Shown: one piece after another, positions 26,761 through 35,528 of the stretch
Position numbering within the stretch: the first letter of the stretch is position 1
How the letters are laid out: each line of letters opens with the position of its first letter
The notes under the pieces: generated by a model
The model's input: the letters and a program-made list of their open reading frames with translations, nothing else
What the model was told of the DNA's origin: nothing
Databases searched by the model: none
Made by a program: the position numbers and the translations under genes
Assembly: GCA_028278465.1 (NCBI GenBank)
Contig: JANQEF010000145.1
Span: forward strand, 1-35,636
Direction of reading: 5' to 3'
Source of the DNA: Dehalococcoidia bacterium
GTDB taxonomy: Bacteria; Chloroflexota; Dehalococcoidia; Lucifugimonadales; Lucifugimonadaceae
Length of the DNA: 35,636 nucleotides

Positions 26761-27114
26761 CTAGAAGTTCAAACCTCCGGAGCGTGCGCCCTCGGCGAGG
26801 GCCTTCACCCGGCCGTGATACTTGTAACCTGCGCGGTCGAATACGACCTGCTTGATGCCGGAGTCGATCGCGCGCTTTGCGATCGCTTCGCCAACGGAGT
26901 TCGCGTCGACCTTCTTGTCTTCGCCCTTGCCGGACTCGAGGCTGGACGCAGCGGCCAGCGTGTTGCCTGCCACGTCGTCTATCACCTGCGCGTAGACCTG
27001 CTTGTTGGACCGGAAGACCGAGAGGCGCGGACGGTCAGCGGTGCCCGACACCGCCTTCCGGACGCGGCGATGGCGTATAGACCGTCTTCCTGGATCAAAT
27101 CTTCTGCTCGCCAT
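26761..27114 (-). CDS. rplR: 50S ribosomal protein L18
   Basis: The track ORF 26761-27246 is trimmed to Met45 (ATG ending at 27114), 4 nt after the rplF stop. [34 protein letters not shown]. Confidence 0.9.
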   Translation of the reverse strand: MASRRFDPGRRSIRHRRVRKAVSGTADRPRLSVFRSNKQVYAQVIDDVAGNTLAAASSLESGKGEDKKVDANSVGEAIAKRAIDSGIKQVVFDRAGYKYHGRVKALAEGARSGGLNF

Positions 27115-27118
27115 CGAA

Positions 27119-27667
27119 CTAGACTCCCTTGCCGCCGGCTGCCTTGCCTGCCTTGCGCCGCACGACTTCGCCTTCGTACACAATTCCCTTGCCTGAGTAG
27201 GGGTTCGGCTTCCTGATCTTCCTGATCCGTGCCGCCTGCTCGCCAACGAGCTCCTTGTCCGGCCCGCTCACGACAACCCAGGCCTGCCCATCAGCCTTAA
27301 GCGTGTTGCTGCCGAGCGGCTCTACGGGAACGGAGTGCGAAAAGCCGAGGCTCAACTCCAGCCCGTTGCCTCGCTGCTGCACCCTGTAACCGGTCCCGAT
27401 CAGCTGCAGTCGCTTCTGGAAGCCTTCGCTCACACCGACGACCATGTTGTTGACAAGGCTGCGTGTCAGGCCGTGCAGGGCGCGGCTCTCCGGCTCGTCA
27501 TCCTGCCGGGTGACGTTCAGCACGCCGTTGTCGAGCTTCAACGCCACTTTTGGCGAGAAGCTGCGGCTCAGCTCGCCGAGCTTGCCCTTAACCGACACGG
27601 AGTTGTCGTCGATCTTGACGTCAACGCCGGACGGCACATCTATGGGTGAGAATCCTATCCTCGACAT
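27119..27667 (-). CDS. rplF: 50S ribosomal protein L6
   Basis: 182 aa. [19 protein letters not shown]...[26 protein letters not shown]. Confidence 0.95.
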   Translation of the reverse strand: MSRIGFSPIDVPSGVDVKIDDNSVSVKGKLGELSRSFSPKVALKLDNGVLNVTRQDDEPESRALHGLTRSLVNNMVVGVSEGFQKRLQLIGTGYRVQQRGNGLELSLGFSHSVPVEPLGSNTLKADGQAWVVVSGPDKELVGEQAARIRKIRKPNPYSGKGIVYEGEVVRRKAGKAAGGKGV

Positions 27668-27685
27668 CTTCTTATCTCTCTGCGG

Positions 27686-28090
27686 CTACCAGACGTAGAA
27701 CAGCAGCTCGCCGCCAACGCCTGTTCTGCGCGCCTCGCGGCCGGTCATAACGCCGTTTGGCGTCGACATGAACGACACGCCAAGCCCACCGAAGTAGCGC
27801 GGGATCTCGTTCTTACCGACGTAGACCCGCAGTCCCGGCGTGCTAACGCGTTTCAGGCCCTGGATGACCGGCTCGCTGTCTTCGTAGTAGTTGAGGCTGA
27901 CGCGGAAAGATTCAGGCTTCTTGGCCGTCTTCTCGACGGTCTCGTAGCTCTTGATGAACCCCTCGGTCTGCATCAGCTTCAGCAGTTCGCCGCGCATACG
28001 CGACGCGGGCACGTCGACGGTTTCGTGACGCACCTGTACGGCGTTACGAATCCGGGTCAACATGTCTGAAATTGGGTCTGTTACTGGCAA
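27686..28090 (-). CDS. rpsH: 30S ribosomal protein S8
   Basis: 134 aa. TTG start after GGAGA. TDPISDMLTRIRNA, GGELLFYVW. Confidence 0.95.
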   Translation of the reverse strand: MPVTDPISDMLTRIRNAVQVRHETVDVPASRMRGELLKLMQTEGFIKSYETVEKTAKKPESFRVSLNYYEDSEPVIQGLKRVSTPGLRVYVGKNEIPRYFGGLGVSFMSTPNGVMTGREARRTGVGGELLFYVW

Positions 28091-28114
28091 ATCTGTCTCC
28101 GCGTCCGGGCAGGG

Positions 28115-28420
28115 CTAATGGTTGCCTTTTCGTACGCCCGGCAACTGGCCTTTCAGCGCAAGGTCACGCACTGCGATCCTCGAGAGGCCGAAGAACCTCA
28201 GGTAGCCGCGTGGCCGTCCGGTGATCTCGCACCTGTTGCGAACCCTCACCGGGCTGGAGTTGAGGGGCAGCATCGCAAGCTGCTGTCGCGCCTGCATGCG
28301 CTCTTCAACCGGGCGGCCAAGGTCTTCGGCGATCGCCTTCAGTTCGGCTCGCTTTTCGCCGAACTTCTCGACCAGCCGCTTGCGTCGATTGTTCTTTTCA
28401 ACTGCAGATTTCTTAGCCAT
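28115..28420 (-). CDS. rpsN: 30S ribosomal protein S14 (long, non-zinc form)
   Basis: 101 aa. MAKKSAVEKNNRRKRLV, RVRNRCEITGRPRGYLRFFGLSRIAVRDLA. No CxxC pairs. It ends ..PGVRKGNH rather than the ..KASW I remember as typical. Confidence 0.9.
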   Translation of the reverse strand: MAKKSAVEKNNRRKRLVEKFGEKRAELKAIAEDLGRPVEERMQARQQLAMLPLNSSPVRVRNRCEITGRPRGYLRFFGLSRIAVRDLALKGQLPGVRKGNH

Positions 28421-28428
28421 ACCTGAAC

Positions 28429-29340
28429 CTAAGCTCCGACCAGGCGAGGGTCATCGAGTCGTACAAACGGAACTCCGAGGAGTTCGAGCAGCCTGCGGCC
28501 TTCTTCGTCGGTGCGTGCAGACGTAACCAGGATGATCTGGAGGCCGCGCAGCCTGTCGATCTGATTGTAGTCAATCTCAGGGAAGACAGCCTGGTCTGAG
28601 AGGCCGAGTGTGTAGTTGCCGCGGCCGTCGAACGAGTGGCGAGGCACGCCCCGGAAGTCTCGGACTCTTGGCAGCGCGATATTCACGAGCCTGTCGAAGA
28701 AGTCCCACATGCGGTTGCCACGGAGGGTGACGGAAGCGCCGATGGTCTGGCCTTCGCGCAGCTTGAACGCAGCGATCGACTTCCGCGCCTTGTTCTCCCG
28801 GGCCTTCTGACCGGTGATGATCGAGAGGTCGCCAAGTGCAGCGCTGAGAGCGTTCGACGAGGTCAGAGCCTCACCGAGTCCGATGTTCACGACCACCTTG
28901 GTCAGTTCGGGAGCACGCATCCGGTTGTCGTAGCCGAACTCCCGCATGAGGACGGGGTGGACCTCGGTCCTGTAGCTGTCGAGCAGGCGAGGAACAGCGC
29001 CAGCGCCGTTCTGCGAGGCGCCGTTGGTCGAAACCTTCGGCACGGCTTTCTCAGCCGCCGCAGCGGGTTTCCTGGCTGCCGATCTCCTCGATGAGGACCG
29101 CTTCGCAGCAGGTTTCTTTTCTGCTTCCGGCTCCTCGGCTTCTGTCGCCTCAGCTTCGGCTGCCTTAGCCGGTTCTTTCTTGGCGCGCGAGGTCTTAGCC
29201 CGTGTACGTCGAGCGGGCTTTTTGGCCGCGGGCTTCGCGTCGTCAGCGGATTCGGGCTTTTCAGAAGCCTCTTCAGCTTCCGAAGCCGCCGTCGCTTCCT
29301 CGGCCTCGTTTTTCACTTCTTCGTCAGGAGCGTTTGCCAC
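28429..29340 (-). CDS. rplE: 50S ribosomal protein L5 with low-complexity N-terminal extension (start uncertain)
   Basis: Canonical uL5 ([37 protein letters not shown]) begins near residue 137 of the 323-aa track ORF (28429-29400). Candidate in-frame starts are GTG 29340 (GGGTGG upstream, overlaps the rplX end), GTG 29316 (7 nt after the rplX stop) and GTG 29043 (which would leave a ~280-nt gap). The first is listed. Confidence 0.8.
   Translation of the reverse strand: MANAPDEEVKNEAEEATAASEAEEASEKPESADDAKPAAKKPARRTRAKTSRAKKEPAKAAEAEATEAEEPEAEKKPAAKRSSSRRSAARKPAAAAEKAVPKVSTNGASQNGAGAVPRLLDSYRTEVHPVLMREFGYDNRMRAPELTKVVVNIGLGEALTSSNALSAALGDLSIITGQKARENKARKSIAAFKLREGQTIGASVTLRGNRMWDFFDRLVNIALPRVRDFRGVPRHSFDGRGNYTLGLSDQAVFPEIDYNQIDRLRGLQIILVTSARTDEEGRRLLELLGVPFVRLDDPRLVGA
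28993..29340 (-). other. Low-complexity acidic/basic extension region of rplE
   Basis: [93 protein letters not shown]. It has the same KKPA-x-RR-(S/T) module type as the rplM tail. Confidence 0.65.
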
Positions 29341-29635
29341 GCTTAACCACCCGGACCTTGCGTCCGTCCTCCAGGAACTTGAACTCCGCCCGCCCGGCAA
29401 CCTGTGTGTCGCTGTCGACCAGCATCAGCTTGCTGAGCGAGATAGGTGACTCACCGTGGACGATCCCCGTTTGAGTCACTCCCTGTTGCTGCTTGATATG
29501 TCGCGTCGCCACGTTCACGCCCTCAACGACCGCCGTGCCCTTCTTAGGCTCGACCCGTATCACCTCTCCGCGTACTCCGCGGTCTTTGCCGGATATCACC
29601 AGCACCGTGTCGCCCTTTTTGATCCGTTGCGCCAT
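29324..29635 (-). CDS. rplX: 50S ribosomal protein L24
   Basis: 103 aa. [21 protein letters not shown] (KOW motif). Confidence 0.95.
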   Translation of the reverse strand: MAQRIKKGDTVLVISGKDRGVRGEVIRVEPKKGTAVVEGVNVATRHIKQQQGVTQTGIVHGESPISLSKLMLVDSDTQVAGRAEFKFLEDGRKVRVVKRGKRS

Positions 29636-29638
29636 CGG

Positions 29639-30007
29639 CTAAAGCACCTCGGGAGCCAGCGAGATGATGCGCATGAACTCGCGGTCGCGTAGCTCGCGTG
29701 CGACCGGGCCGAATATGCGCGTGCCACGCGGGTTGTTGTCGTCGCCCAGCACCACGCAGGCGTTGTCGTCGAACCGGATGTAGGAGCCGTCGCGCCGACG
29801 AATCTCCTTCGCTGTCCTGACGATCACCGCCTTAACGACCTGGTGCATGCGCACGGCGCCGCCCGGCAGCGCGTCTTTGACGGTGCAGGTGATCACATCG
29901 CCCAGCGTGGCCGACTTGCGCGCGCTTCCGCCCACGATGTTGATGCAGAGCACCTCTCGTGCGCCGGAGTTGTCGGCTACTTTCAGTCTCGACTCTCGTT
30001 GAATCAT
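29639..30007 (-). CDS. rplN: 50S ribosomal protein L14
   Basis: 122 aa. [46 protein letters not shown]. Confidence 0.95.
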   Translation of the reverse strand: MIQRESRLKVADNSGAREVLCINIVGGSARKSATLGDVITCTVKDALPGGAVRMHQVVKAVIVRTAKEIRRRDGSYIRFDDNACVVLGDDNNPRGTRIFGPVARELRDREFMRIISLAPEVL

Positions 30008-30027
30008 CTCAGCGTGCGGCTTGCGGC

Positions 30028-30357
30028 CTATTCCTCTTCACTCTCGGTGCTGTCGCCAAGCGTTTCGCCGGGCATGCGGTCGATCTCGGCCGGCTGCACC
30101 TCGGCAACGTCGATCTTCTCGACGATCTCGACGAGCCGCCACCTCTTGGTGCGCGAGATCGGCCTCGACTCCTCCAGTAACACGCGGTCGCCCACCGACG
30201 CCGAGTTGGACGGGTCATGCGCAACCAGCCGCGTCAGGCGACGGCGGTTCTTCTTGTAGATCCTGTGCCTCTGCAGCCACGAGACCCCGACGACGATCGT
30301 CTGGTCGTTCTTGTCACTCAGGACGGTCCCAAGCTGCCTTCTGCGGTTGCCTGCCAA
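30028..30357 (-). CDS. rpsQ: 30S ribosomal protein S17 (acidic C-terminal tail)
   Basis: The track ORF 30028-30420 is trimmed to the TTG at 30355-30357, 22 nt after the rpmC stop. It reads (M)[24 protein letters not shown]....HRIYKK....[30 protein letters not shown]. Confidence 0.85.
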   Translation of the reverse strand: MAGNRRRQLGTVLSDKNDQTIVVGVSWLQRHRIYKKNRRRLTRLVAHDPSNSASVGDRVLLEESRPISRTKRWRLVEIVEKIDVAEVQPAEIDRMPGETLGDSTESEEE

Positions 30358-30379
30358 GCTATTACCTGCTCTTCCTGCT

Positions 30380-30592
30380 CTACTCGTCGTCGTCCATCTC
30401 GGCGACGATCTCGCGTTCACGCAGCACCGTGTTGATGCGTGCGATGGTCTTCCGCGTCTTGCGGATCTCGGTGAAATCTGAGAGCTGCATGGTCGCTCCC
30501 CGGAAGCGCAGGTTCATCAACGAGCGCTCCTGGTTTTCGAGCTCCTTCTCCAGCTCATCGTTCTTCAGTTCTCTTACTTCGCTAATTCGCAT
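30380..30592 (-). CDS. rpmC: 50S ribosomal protein L29
   Basis: 70 aa. [38 protein letters not shown]. Confidence 0.9.
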   Translation of the reverse strand: MRISEVRELKNDELEKELENQERSLMNLRFRGATMQLSDFTEIRKTRKTIARINTVLREREIVAEMDDDE

Positions 30593-30598
30593 CTTCGA

Positions 30599-31015
30599 TC
30601 ACAGTGTGTCGCTGCGGCTGACAATCGTTGTGGGCACCGAAAGCTTGCGTGCCGCACGGCGCAACGCCTCTCGCGCCACTTCTTCCGGCACATCGGACAT
30701 CTCGTACATCATCCGGCCTCGTCTGACGACGGCGACCCAGTGGTCAACCGCGCCCTTGCCGCCGCCCATCCTGGTCTCGGCCGGACGTGCCGAAACGGGC
30801 TTGTCCGGGAAGATCCTGATCCAGATCTTGCCGCCACGCCTCACGTAACCGGAAGCCGCTCGCCGGGCTGCCTCGATCTGCCTGGCGCTCACCCAACCGG
30901 GACCGACGGCCTTGAGTCCGTAGTCGCCGAACGCCAGCGTCGAACCGGTCGTGCGCGCGCCCTTCATCCGGCCGCGGTGCTGCTTTCTGAACTTTGTCCT
31001 GCGCGGCTGTAACAT
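30599..31015 (-). CDS. rplP: 50S ribosomal protein L16
   Basis: 138 aa. [37 protein letters not shown]. Confidence 0.95.
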   Translation of the reverse strand: MLQPRRTKFRKQHRGRMKGARTTGSTLAFGDYGLKAVGPGWVSARQIEAARRAASGYVRRGGKIWIRIFPDKPVSARPAETRMGGGKGAVDHWVAVVRRGRMMYEMSDVPEEVAREALRRAARKLSVPTTIVSRSDTL

Positions 31016-31881
31016 CAGTTGCTCTCCGCCGGCGCATCGGCGCCGTTTGAGGGCGTTTCGGTCGCCGCTGCTGGCTGTGGCTCGGGAGATTCGGTAGTCC
31101 GTGCACGACCGCTTCGAGAGCCGCCGCGGCCGCCTCTGCGTCTCTGTCCCCCGCCACCAGAGTCTCCGCCTCCGCTGCCGCGCTGCTGCTCGGGTGCGGT
31201 GCCGAGTGAGAGCCTCGCCATCGACCTGGCGCGCAGGTTCTCGGCGGACGGCACAACGTCGCCCCTATAGATCCACACCTTGATGCCGATGGTGCCGTAC
31301 GTCGTACGTGCTTCGGACACTGCGTAGTCTATTTCGGCGCGCAGCGTGTGGAGCGGCACCTGGCCGTCCATCTGCTTATCAGTTCTTGCGATGTCCGCGC
31401 CGCCGAGACGGCCCGAGACGACGACCTTGATGCCCTTGGCTCCGGACTGCATGGTGCGCTGCATCGCCAGCCGCACGGCCCGTCGATAGGCGACACGCCG
31501 TTCGATCTGCTCCGCGATGCTTCGTCCGACCAGCGCGGAGTCGAGTTCCGGCTGGCGCACCTCCTGGATGTTCAGGCGAGCCCGCTTCTCGGTCATCTTT
31601 TCCAGCTCGGCGCGCAACTCGTCAACGCGCTGTCCGCCCCGACCGATGATGATTCCAGGGCGAGCCGTGTTGATCGTCACGACAAGGTCCTGCGGGCCGC
31701 GCTCGATCTCGATCTTGGAGATGGCGCCGCTATCGCCGAACTGCCCGAGGATCAGCTCGCGTATGGAGTGGTCTTCCGCAGTCAGCCTACGGTACTCACC
31801 GCCGCGGTGCGCAAACCAGTGAGCCTGCCAGTCCATCACGCCGCCGAGGCGAAACCCTATTGGGTGCGTCTTCTGTCCCAT
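31015..31881 (-). CDS. rpsC: 30S ribosomal protein S3 (Arg/Gly-rich C-terminal tail)
   Basis: The track ORF is trimmed to [13 protein letters not shown] (ATG 31879-31881, TAATG overlap with the rplV stop). KH-domain [10 protein letters not shown]. The tail reads ..[30 protein letters not shown]... Confidence 0.95.
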   Translation of the reverse strand: MGQKTHPIGFRLGGVMDWQAHWFAHRGGEYRRLTAEDHSIRELILGQFGDSGAISKIEIERGPQDLVVTINTARPGIIIGRGGQRVDELRAELEKMTEKRARLNIQEVRQPELDSALVGRSIAEQIERRVAYRRAVRLAMQRTMQSGAKGIKVVVSGRLGGADIARTDKQMDGQVPLHTLRAEIDYAVSEARTTYGTIGIKVWIYRGDVVPSAENLRARSMARLSLGTAPEQQRGSGGGDSGGGGQRRRGGRGGSRSGRARTTESPEPQPAAATETPSNGADAPAESN

Positions 31882-32219
31882 TAGTCGTTCCTCGCCTCTG
31901 CGACTTCGATCGTGAGATGGCACATCGGGTGGTTCCGGGCGCCGGCCCGGCCACGAGACTTCGGTATGTACCGCTTCAGCACCGGTCCCTGGTCCGCCGT
32001 GATGCGAACGATCTTCAGATCGTCCCTGTTGAGATAGTCGTTGTTCTCGGCGTTGGCCGCGGCTGACCGGACCGTCTTCAAGACGACTGCAGCCGCAGGG
32101 CTGGTCATGTACATCAAACGGCTCTCGGCTTCGGCCACGGAAACACCGCGCACCTGGTCGATCACCAGCCTCATCTTGTACGGCGAAATGCCTATGTTCT
32201 TTGATCTTGCGACTGTCAT
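31881..32219 (-). CDS. rplV: 50S ribosomal protein L22
   Basis: The track ORF 31881-32360 is trimmed to Met48 (ATG ending at 32219), 7 nt after the rpsS stop. MTVARSKNIGISPYKMRLVIDQVRG. Confidence 0.9.
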   Translation of the reverse strand: MTVARSKNIGISPYKMRLVIDQVRGVSVAEAESRLMYMTSPAAAVVLKTVRSAAANAENNDYLNRDDLKIVRITADQGPVLKRYIPKSRGRAGARNHPMCHLTIEVAEARND

Positions 32220-32226
32220 CTGACCG

Positions 32227-32505
32227 TTACCGAACCGCGCTCGACCTGTCCGACCGGTGACCGCGGAACATGCGCGTCGCCGCGAACTCGCCGAGCCTGT
32301 GGCCGACCATGTTCTCTGTGATGAGAACCGGCACATGCTGCTTGCCGTTGTGAACGGCAATCGTCAGGTTCACCATCTCCGGCATGATCATCGAGGACCG
32401 CGACCACGTCTGGATGACCTGCCGGCCACCGGAGTTCTGCGCGGCGAGCACCTTCTTCATCAGTTTCGGGTGGACCCACGGTCCTTTTTTGATCGACCTG
32501 CTCAT
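32227..32505 (-). CDS. rpsS: 30S ribosomal protein S19
   Basis: 92 aa. [42 protein letters not shown]. Confidence 0.95.
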   Translation of the reverse strand: MSRSIKKGPWVHPKLMKKVLAAQNSGGRQVIQTWSRSSMIMPEMVNLTIAVHNGKQHVPVLITENMVGHRLGEFAATRMFRGHRSDRSSAVR

Positions 32506-32517
32506 ATCGGATTCTCG

Positions 32518-33345
32518 TTAGCGCTGGTGCCTGCGGCGGAGGATGAACTTGTTGGTTCGCTTGTTCTTGCGAGTGCGGTAGCCGAGCGCCGGCTTGCCCC
32601 ACGGCGTCTTGGGACCCGCCATGCCAACAGGCGCCTTGCCCTCACCACCGCCGTGCGGGTGAGCGGCCGGGTACATGGCCGAGCCTCGGACCTGCGGCCG
32701 GCGTCCGCGGTGGCGGTTGCGTCCGGCCTTGCCGAGCTTGGTGTTCTTGTGGTCTGAGTTAGATACCTGGCCGACGGTCGCCATGCACTCGCTGAGGAGC
32801 TGTCTCATCTCGCCGGAGGGAAGCCGCACCAGCGTGTAGTCACCCTCATGCGCCATCACCTGCGCGGCCACACCGGCGCTCTTGACCAGTTGGCCGCCGC
32901 GGCCGGGATGCGTCTCCAGGTTGTGGACAGTCGTGCCGGTCGGCAGGCTGCCGAGCTTCATGGCGTTGCCGGTCGAGATCGCGCCGGACTCCTGGCTCTG
33001 GATAACCGAGCCAACCTTCAACCCTTCCGGCGCGACGATGTAGCGCTTGGTGCCGTCTTCATATCGCACGAGAGCGATGCGGGCCGTGCGGTTCGGGTCG
33101 TACTCGATCGACTGCACAGTTGCAGCGCCGGCCTTGTCACGCTTGAAGTCGACGATGCGATAGCGGCGCTTGTGGCCGCCGCCGCGGTGACGCGTCGTGA
33201 TACGCCCGTGGTGGTTGCGGCCGCCGGTCTTCTTCATCGGAGCCAGGAGAGACTTCTCTGGCTTCGACTTCGTGATATCGCTGAAGTCGTCCGCGATGGT
33301 GTCGCGGCGACCGGGCGTTGTTGGCTTGTATTCCTTCAGTCCCAT
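32518..33345 (-). CDS. rplB: 50S ribosomal protein L2
   Basis: 275 aa. [42 protein letters not shown]. Confidence 0.95.
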   Translation of the reverse strand: MGLKEYKPTTPGRRDTIADDFSDITKSKPEKSLLAPMKKTGGRNHHGRITTRHRGGGHKRRYRIVDFKRDKAGAATVQSIEYDPNRTARIALVRYEDGTKRYIVAPEGLKVGSVIQSQESGAISTGNAMKLGSLPTGTTVHNLETHPGRGGQLVKSAGVAAQVMAHEGDYTLVRLPSGEMRQLLSECMATVGQVSNSDHKNTKLGKAGRNRHRGRRPQVRGSAMYPAAHPHGGGEGKAPVGMAGPKTPWGKPALGYRTRKNKRTNKFILRRRHQR

Positions 33346-33358
33346 CTCTTACTCGCCT

Positions 33359-33649
33359 CTAAACGGCAGCGCCCTCAAATAGCTGAATCGAATCGCCGCT
33401 CTTAAGCGTCACGATCGCCTTCTTCGTGTCCGGCAACTGCGACCTGTTGCGGCCGTAGGTCTTCACCTTGCCATGCGTGCGAAGCGTGTTGACCGAAGTC
33501 ACCTCGACGTTGAACGCCGCCTCGATCGCGTGCTTTATGTCCCACTTCGTGGCCTTGAGGTCCACCTTGAAGACGTACTTGCCCTGCTCCTGCAGCGCGG
33601 TCGACTTCTCTGTAACGACAGGGCTTTTCAGCACCTGGGACATCTTCAT
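33359..33649 (-). CDS. rplW: 50S ribosomal protein L23
   Basis: The track ORF is trimmed to MKMSQVLKSPVVTEKS (ATG 33647-33649, ATGA overlap with the rplD stop). An alternative ATG is at 33643. Confidence 0.9.
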   Translation of the reverse strand: MKMSQVLKSPVVTEKSTALQEQGKYVFKVDLKATKWDIKHAIEAAFNVEVTSVNTLRTHGKVKTYGRNRSQLPDTKKAIVTLKSGDSIQLFEGAAV

Positions 33650-34281
33650 GACGACGCTCCATTGCCCCACAGCTCGTTTACCGACTTCACCGCGTCCTGC
33701 GTGATGACAAGGTTCGGATACGAGGTCGCCTGCAGCGCGCTCAGGTTGCGGGCTTCAAGCGTGGAGACTCCGCTGGTGTTGGCGCAGGAAGTCATCACGT
33801 TCTCATTCACATCTGTGGTCACGATCAGAGTGCGGCCGTTCAGCTCCAGCGCCGAGACCATGTCGATGATCGAGCGCGTCTTCGGCTCGTCGAATTCCAG
33901 TGAGTCGAGCACCACGACCGACTCGCTGCGAACATGGTTGGCGAGGGCGATCCTGAGCGCCTGCCTGCGCATCTTCTTTGGCAGCCGCTGCCTGTAGCTC
34001 CGCGGATGCGGGCCGTGCGCGACTCCGCCGTGCCGCAGGTTCGGCGACTTTCTGCTGCCGAGGCGCGCCCGGCCGCCGCCCTTCTGAGCACGCAGCTTCC
34101 GGGTCGAGTAGCTGACCTCGGCGCGGGTCAGCGTGTCCTGCGTCCCTTGCCTTCGGTTGGCCTGTTGAGCCACGACGGCCTGATGAAGGAGCGCGTCGTT
34201 AGGCGCGGCGCCCCATACGGCGTCGTCAGCCTCGACGTTTCCGACAACCTTGCCGGTTATGTCCTTGACCTCGAGATCCAT
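33646..34281 (-). CDS. rplD: 50S ribosomal protein L4
   Basis: 211 aa. QKGGGRARLGSRKSPNLRHGGVAHGPHPRSY. Confidence 0.95.
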   Translation of the reverse strand: MDLEVKDITGKVVGNVEADDAVWGAAPNDALLHQAVVAQQANRRQGTQDTLTRAEVSYSTRKLRAQKGGGRARLGSRKSPNLRHGGVAHGPHPRSYRQRLPKKMRRQALRIALANHVRSESVVVLDSLEFDEPKTRSIIDMVSALELNGRTLIVTTDVNENVMTSCANTSGVSTLEARNLSALQATSYPNLVITQDAVKSVNELWGNGASS

Positions 34282-34285
34282 CTGG

Positions 34286-35524
34286 CTACGCCTGCTTCTC
34301 GATTCTCACTATGCTGTTCCTGTGCCCGGGCACGGAACCGCCTATCAATACAAGGTTCTGCCGAGCATCGGCGAGCACGACCTGGAGGCCGCGCTGCGTG
34401 ATGCTGGCGGCGCCGTAGTGGCCGGCCATCTTGGTTCCGGGCCAGACACGGCCGGGCGAGCTGCCCGCGCCGATCGATCCCGGCGCGCGGTGCCTGTCGG
34501 ACTGGCCGTGCGTCTTGGGGCCGCCTGCAAAGCCGTACCGCCGAACACCGCCGGCGAAACCACGGCCTTTCGATATTCCAGAGACCTTGACCTTGTCGCC
34601 GGTGTCGAAGAGGTTCGCGAGTATGGTCTGGCCAACCTCAAATTCGCCGAGGTCCTTGACGCTGAACTCCTGCAGGTGGCGGAACCTCCCGCCGGAACGC
34701 TCAAGGTGGCCCGCCATCGGCTTGTTCAAATTCTTGGCGGCGAGGAAGCCGACCTGAACAGCTTCGTATCCGTGCCGCGCCTCGGTCTTCACCTGGGTCA
34801 CAACACACGGGCCGACCTCGATGGCGGTCACCGGTACGGCTCGGCCATCATCTGTGTAGTAGGTCGTCATTCCGATCTTGCGTCCGAGGAGTCCGGCGAT
34901 CTCCGGCGCCTCTGCCAGCTCTTCTTCCGGCTCTGGCTCGGTGGCTTCCTCTTCGGACTGTTCTTCTTCGTCCTGCTCTGACGTTGCTGCCGGCGTTGCA
35001 GGCTCCGAGGATGATTCGGCCTCTTCGGTTTCCTGTTCGGCCTCAGCTACTGCGGGTTCAGGTTCGCCAGTTTCGTCTGCGGACTCACCTTCAGATTCTT
35101 CGCTCGCTGCAGGAGCGTCGGCCTCCGACTCCTCTGCAGCGGGTTCGGCTTCTTCATCGCCGGTGTCAGCGGCCGGCTCTTCAGCTGCGGGAGCGTCTTC
35201 GGTCTCGCCGGCGGGAGCTTCGGTTGCGTCTGACTCGGACTCGTCCTCAGAAGCGCCTTCATCAGACGACTCTTCGGCCGCGCTGGCCGCCGGCTCGCCA
35301 GCAGATTCAGCCTCTGCGGAGTCTGCGTCATCAGACTCTGTGGCGGGTTCTTCAGCTACAGGAGAGTCTTCGGTCTCTGCCGCGGCGGCATCAGACTCCT
35401 CGGTTGCGGGCTCTTCTGTCGCAGCTTCCGATGACGACTCAACCTCTGCCTCAGCGGTGGTCTCCTCGTTCTTTTCTCCGGCGTCTTCCTGCTCGGAGTT
35501 GTCGCGTCGCTCTTGCTCGTCCAT
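34286..35524 (-). CDS. rplC: 50S ribosomal protein L3 with ~208-aa polyacidic N-terminal extension
   Basis: 412 aa. Canonical uL3 (GLLGRKIGMT...PVTAIEVGPCVVTQVKT...GISKGRGFAGGVRRYGFAGGPKTHGQSDRHRAPGSIG) starts near residue 211. The ATG at 35522-35524 lies 4 nt after the rpsJ stop. No in-frame ATG/GTG/TTG occurs between Met1 and the Met inside KIGMT. Confidence 0.85.
   Translation of the reverse strand: MDEQERRDNSEQEDAGEKNEETTAEAEVESSSEAATEEPATEESDAAAAETEDSPVAEEPATESDDADSAEAESAGEPAASAAEESSDEGASEDESESDATEAPAGETEDAPAAEEPAADTGDEEAEPAAEESEADAPAASEESEGESADETGEPEPAVAEAEQETEEAESSSEPATPAATSEQDEEEQSEEEATEPEPEEELAEAPEIAGLLGRKIGMTTYYTDDGRAVPVTAIEVGPCVVTQVKTEARHGYEAVQVGFLAAKNLNKPMAGHLERSGGRFRHLQEFSVKDLGEFEVGQTILANLFDTGDKVKVSGISKGRGFAGGVRRYGFAGGPKTHGQSDRHRAPGSIGAGSSPGRVWPGTKMAGHYGAASITQRGLQVVLADARQNLVLIGGSVPGHRNSIVRIEKQA
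34901..35524 (-). other. Polyacidic low-complexity N-terminal region of rplC
   Basis: The composition is almost only E/D/A/S/T/P/G. My hand count gives about 85 Asp+Glu against 3 Arg+Lys in about 208 residues. Degenerate (A/T)EEPA(T/A)E..D units recur. Confidence 0.8.
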
Positions 35525-35528
35525 CTCT

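Noticed and set aside
26071-27216. 381-aa plus-strand ORF
   Set aside because: It is entirely antisense to the strongly conserved rpmD, rpsE, rplR and rplF genes. The Arg/Ala/Gly-rich translation has no recognisable motifs. Long antisense open frames are expected in GC-rich coding DNA.
34901-35524. Possible tandem-repeat or CRISPR-like array in the repetitive GAA/GAG/GCN-rich DNA (also 18106-18666)
   Set aside because: There are no exact direct repeats with unique spacers. The periodicity is at codon and amino-acid level within continuous ORFs fused to conserved ribosomal protein domains.
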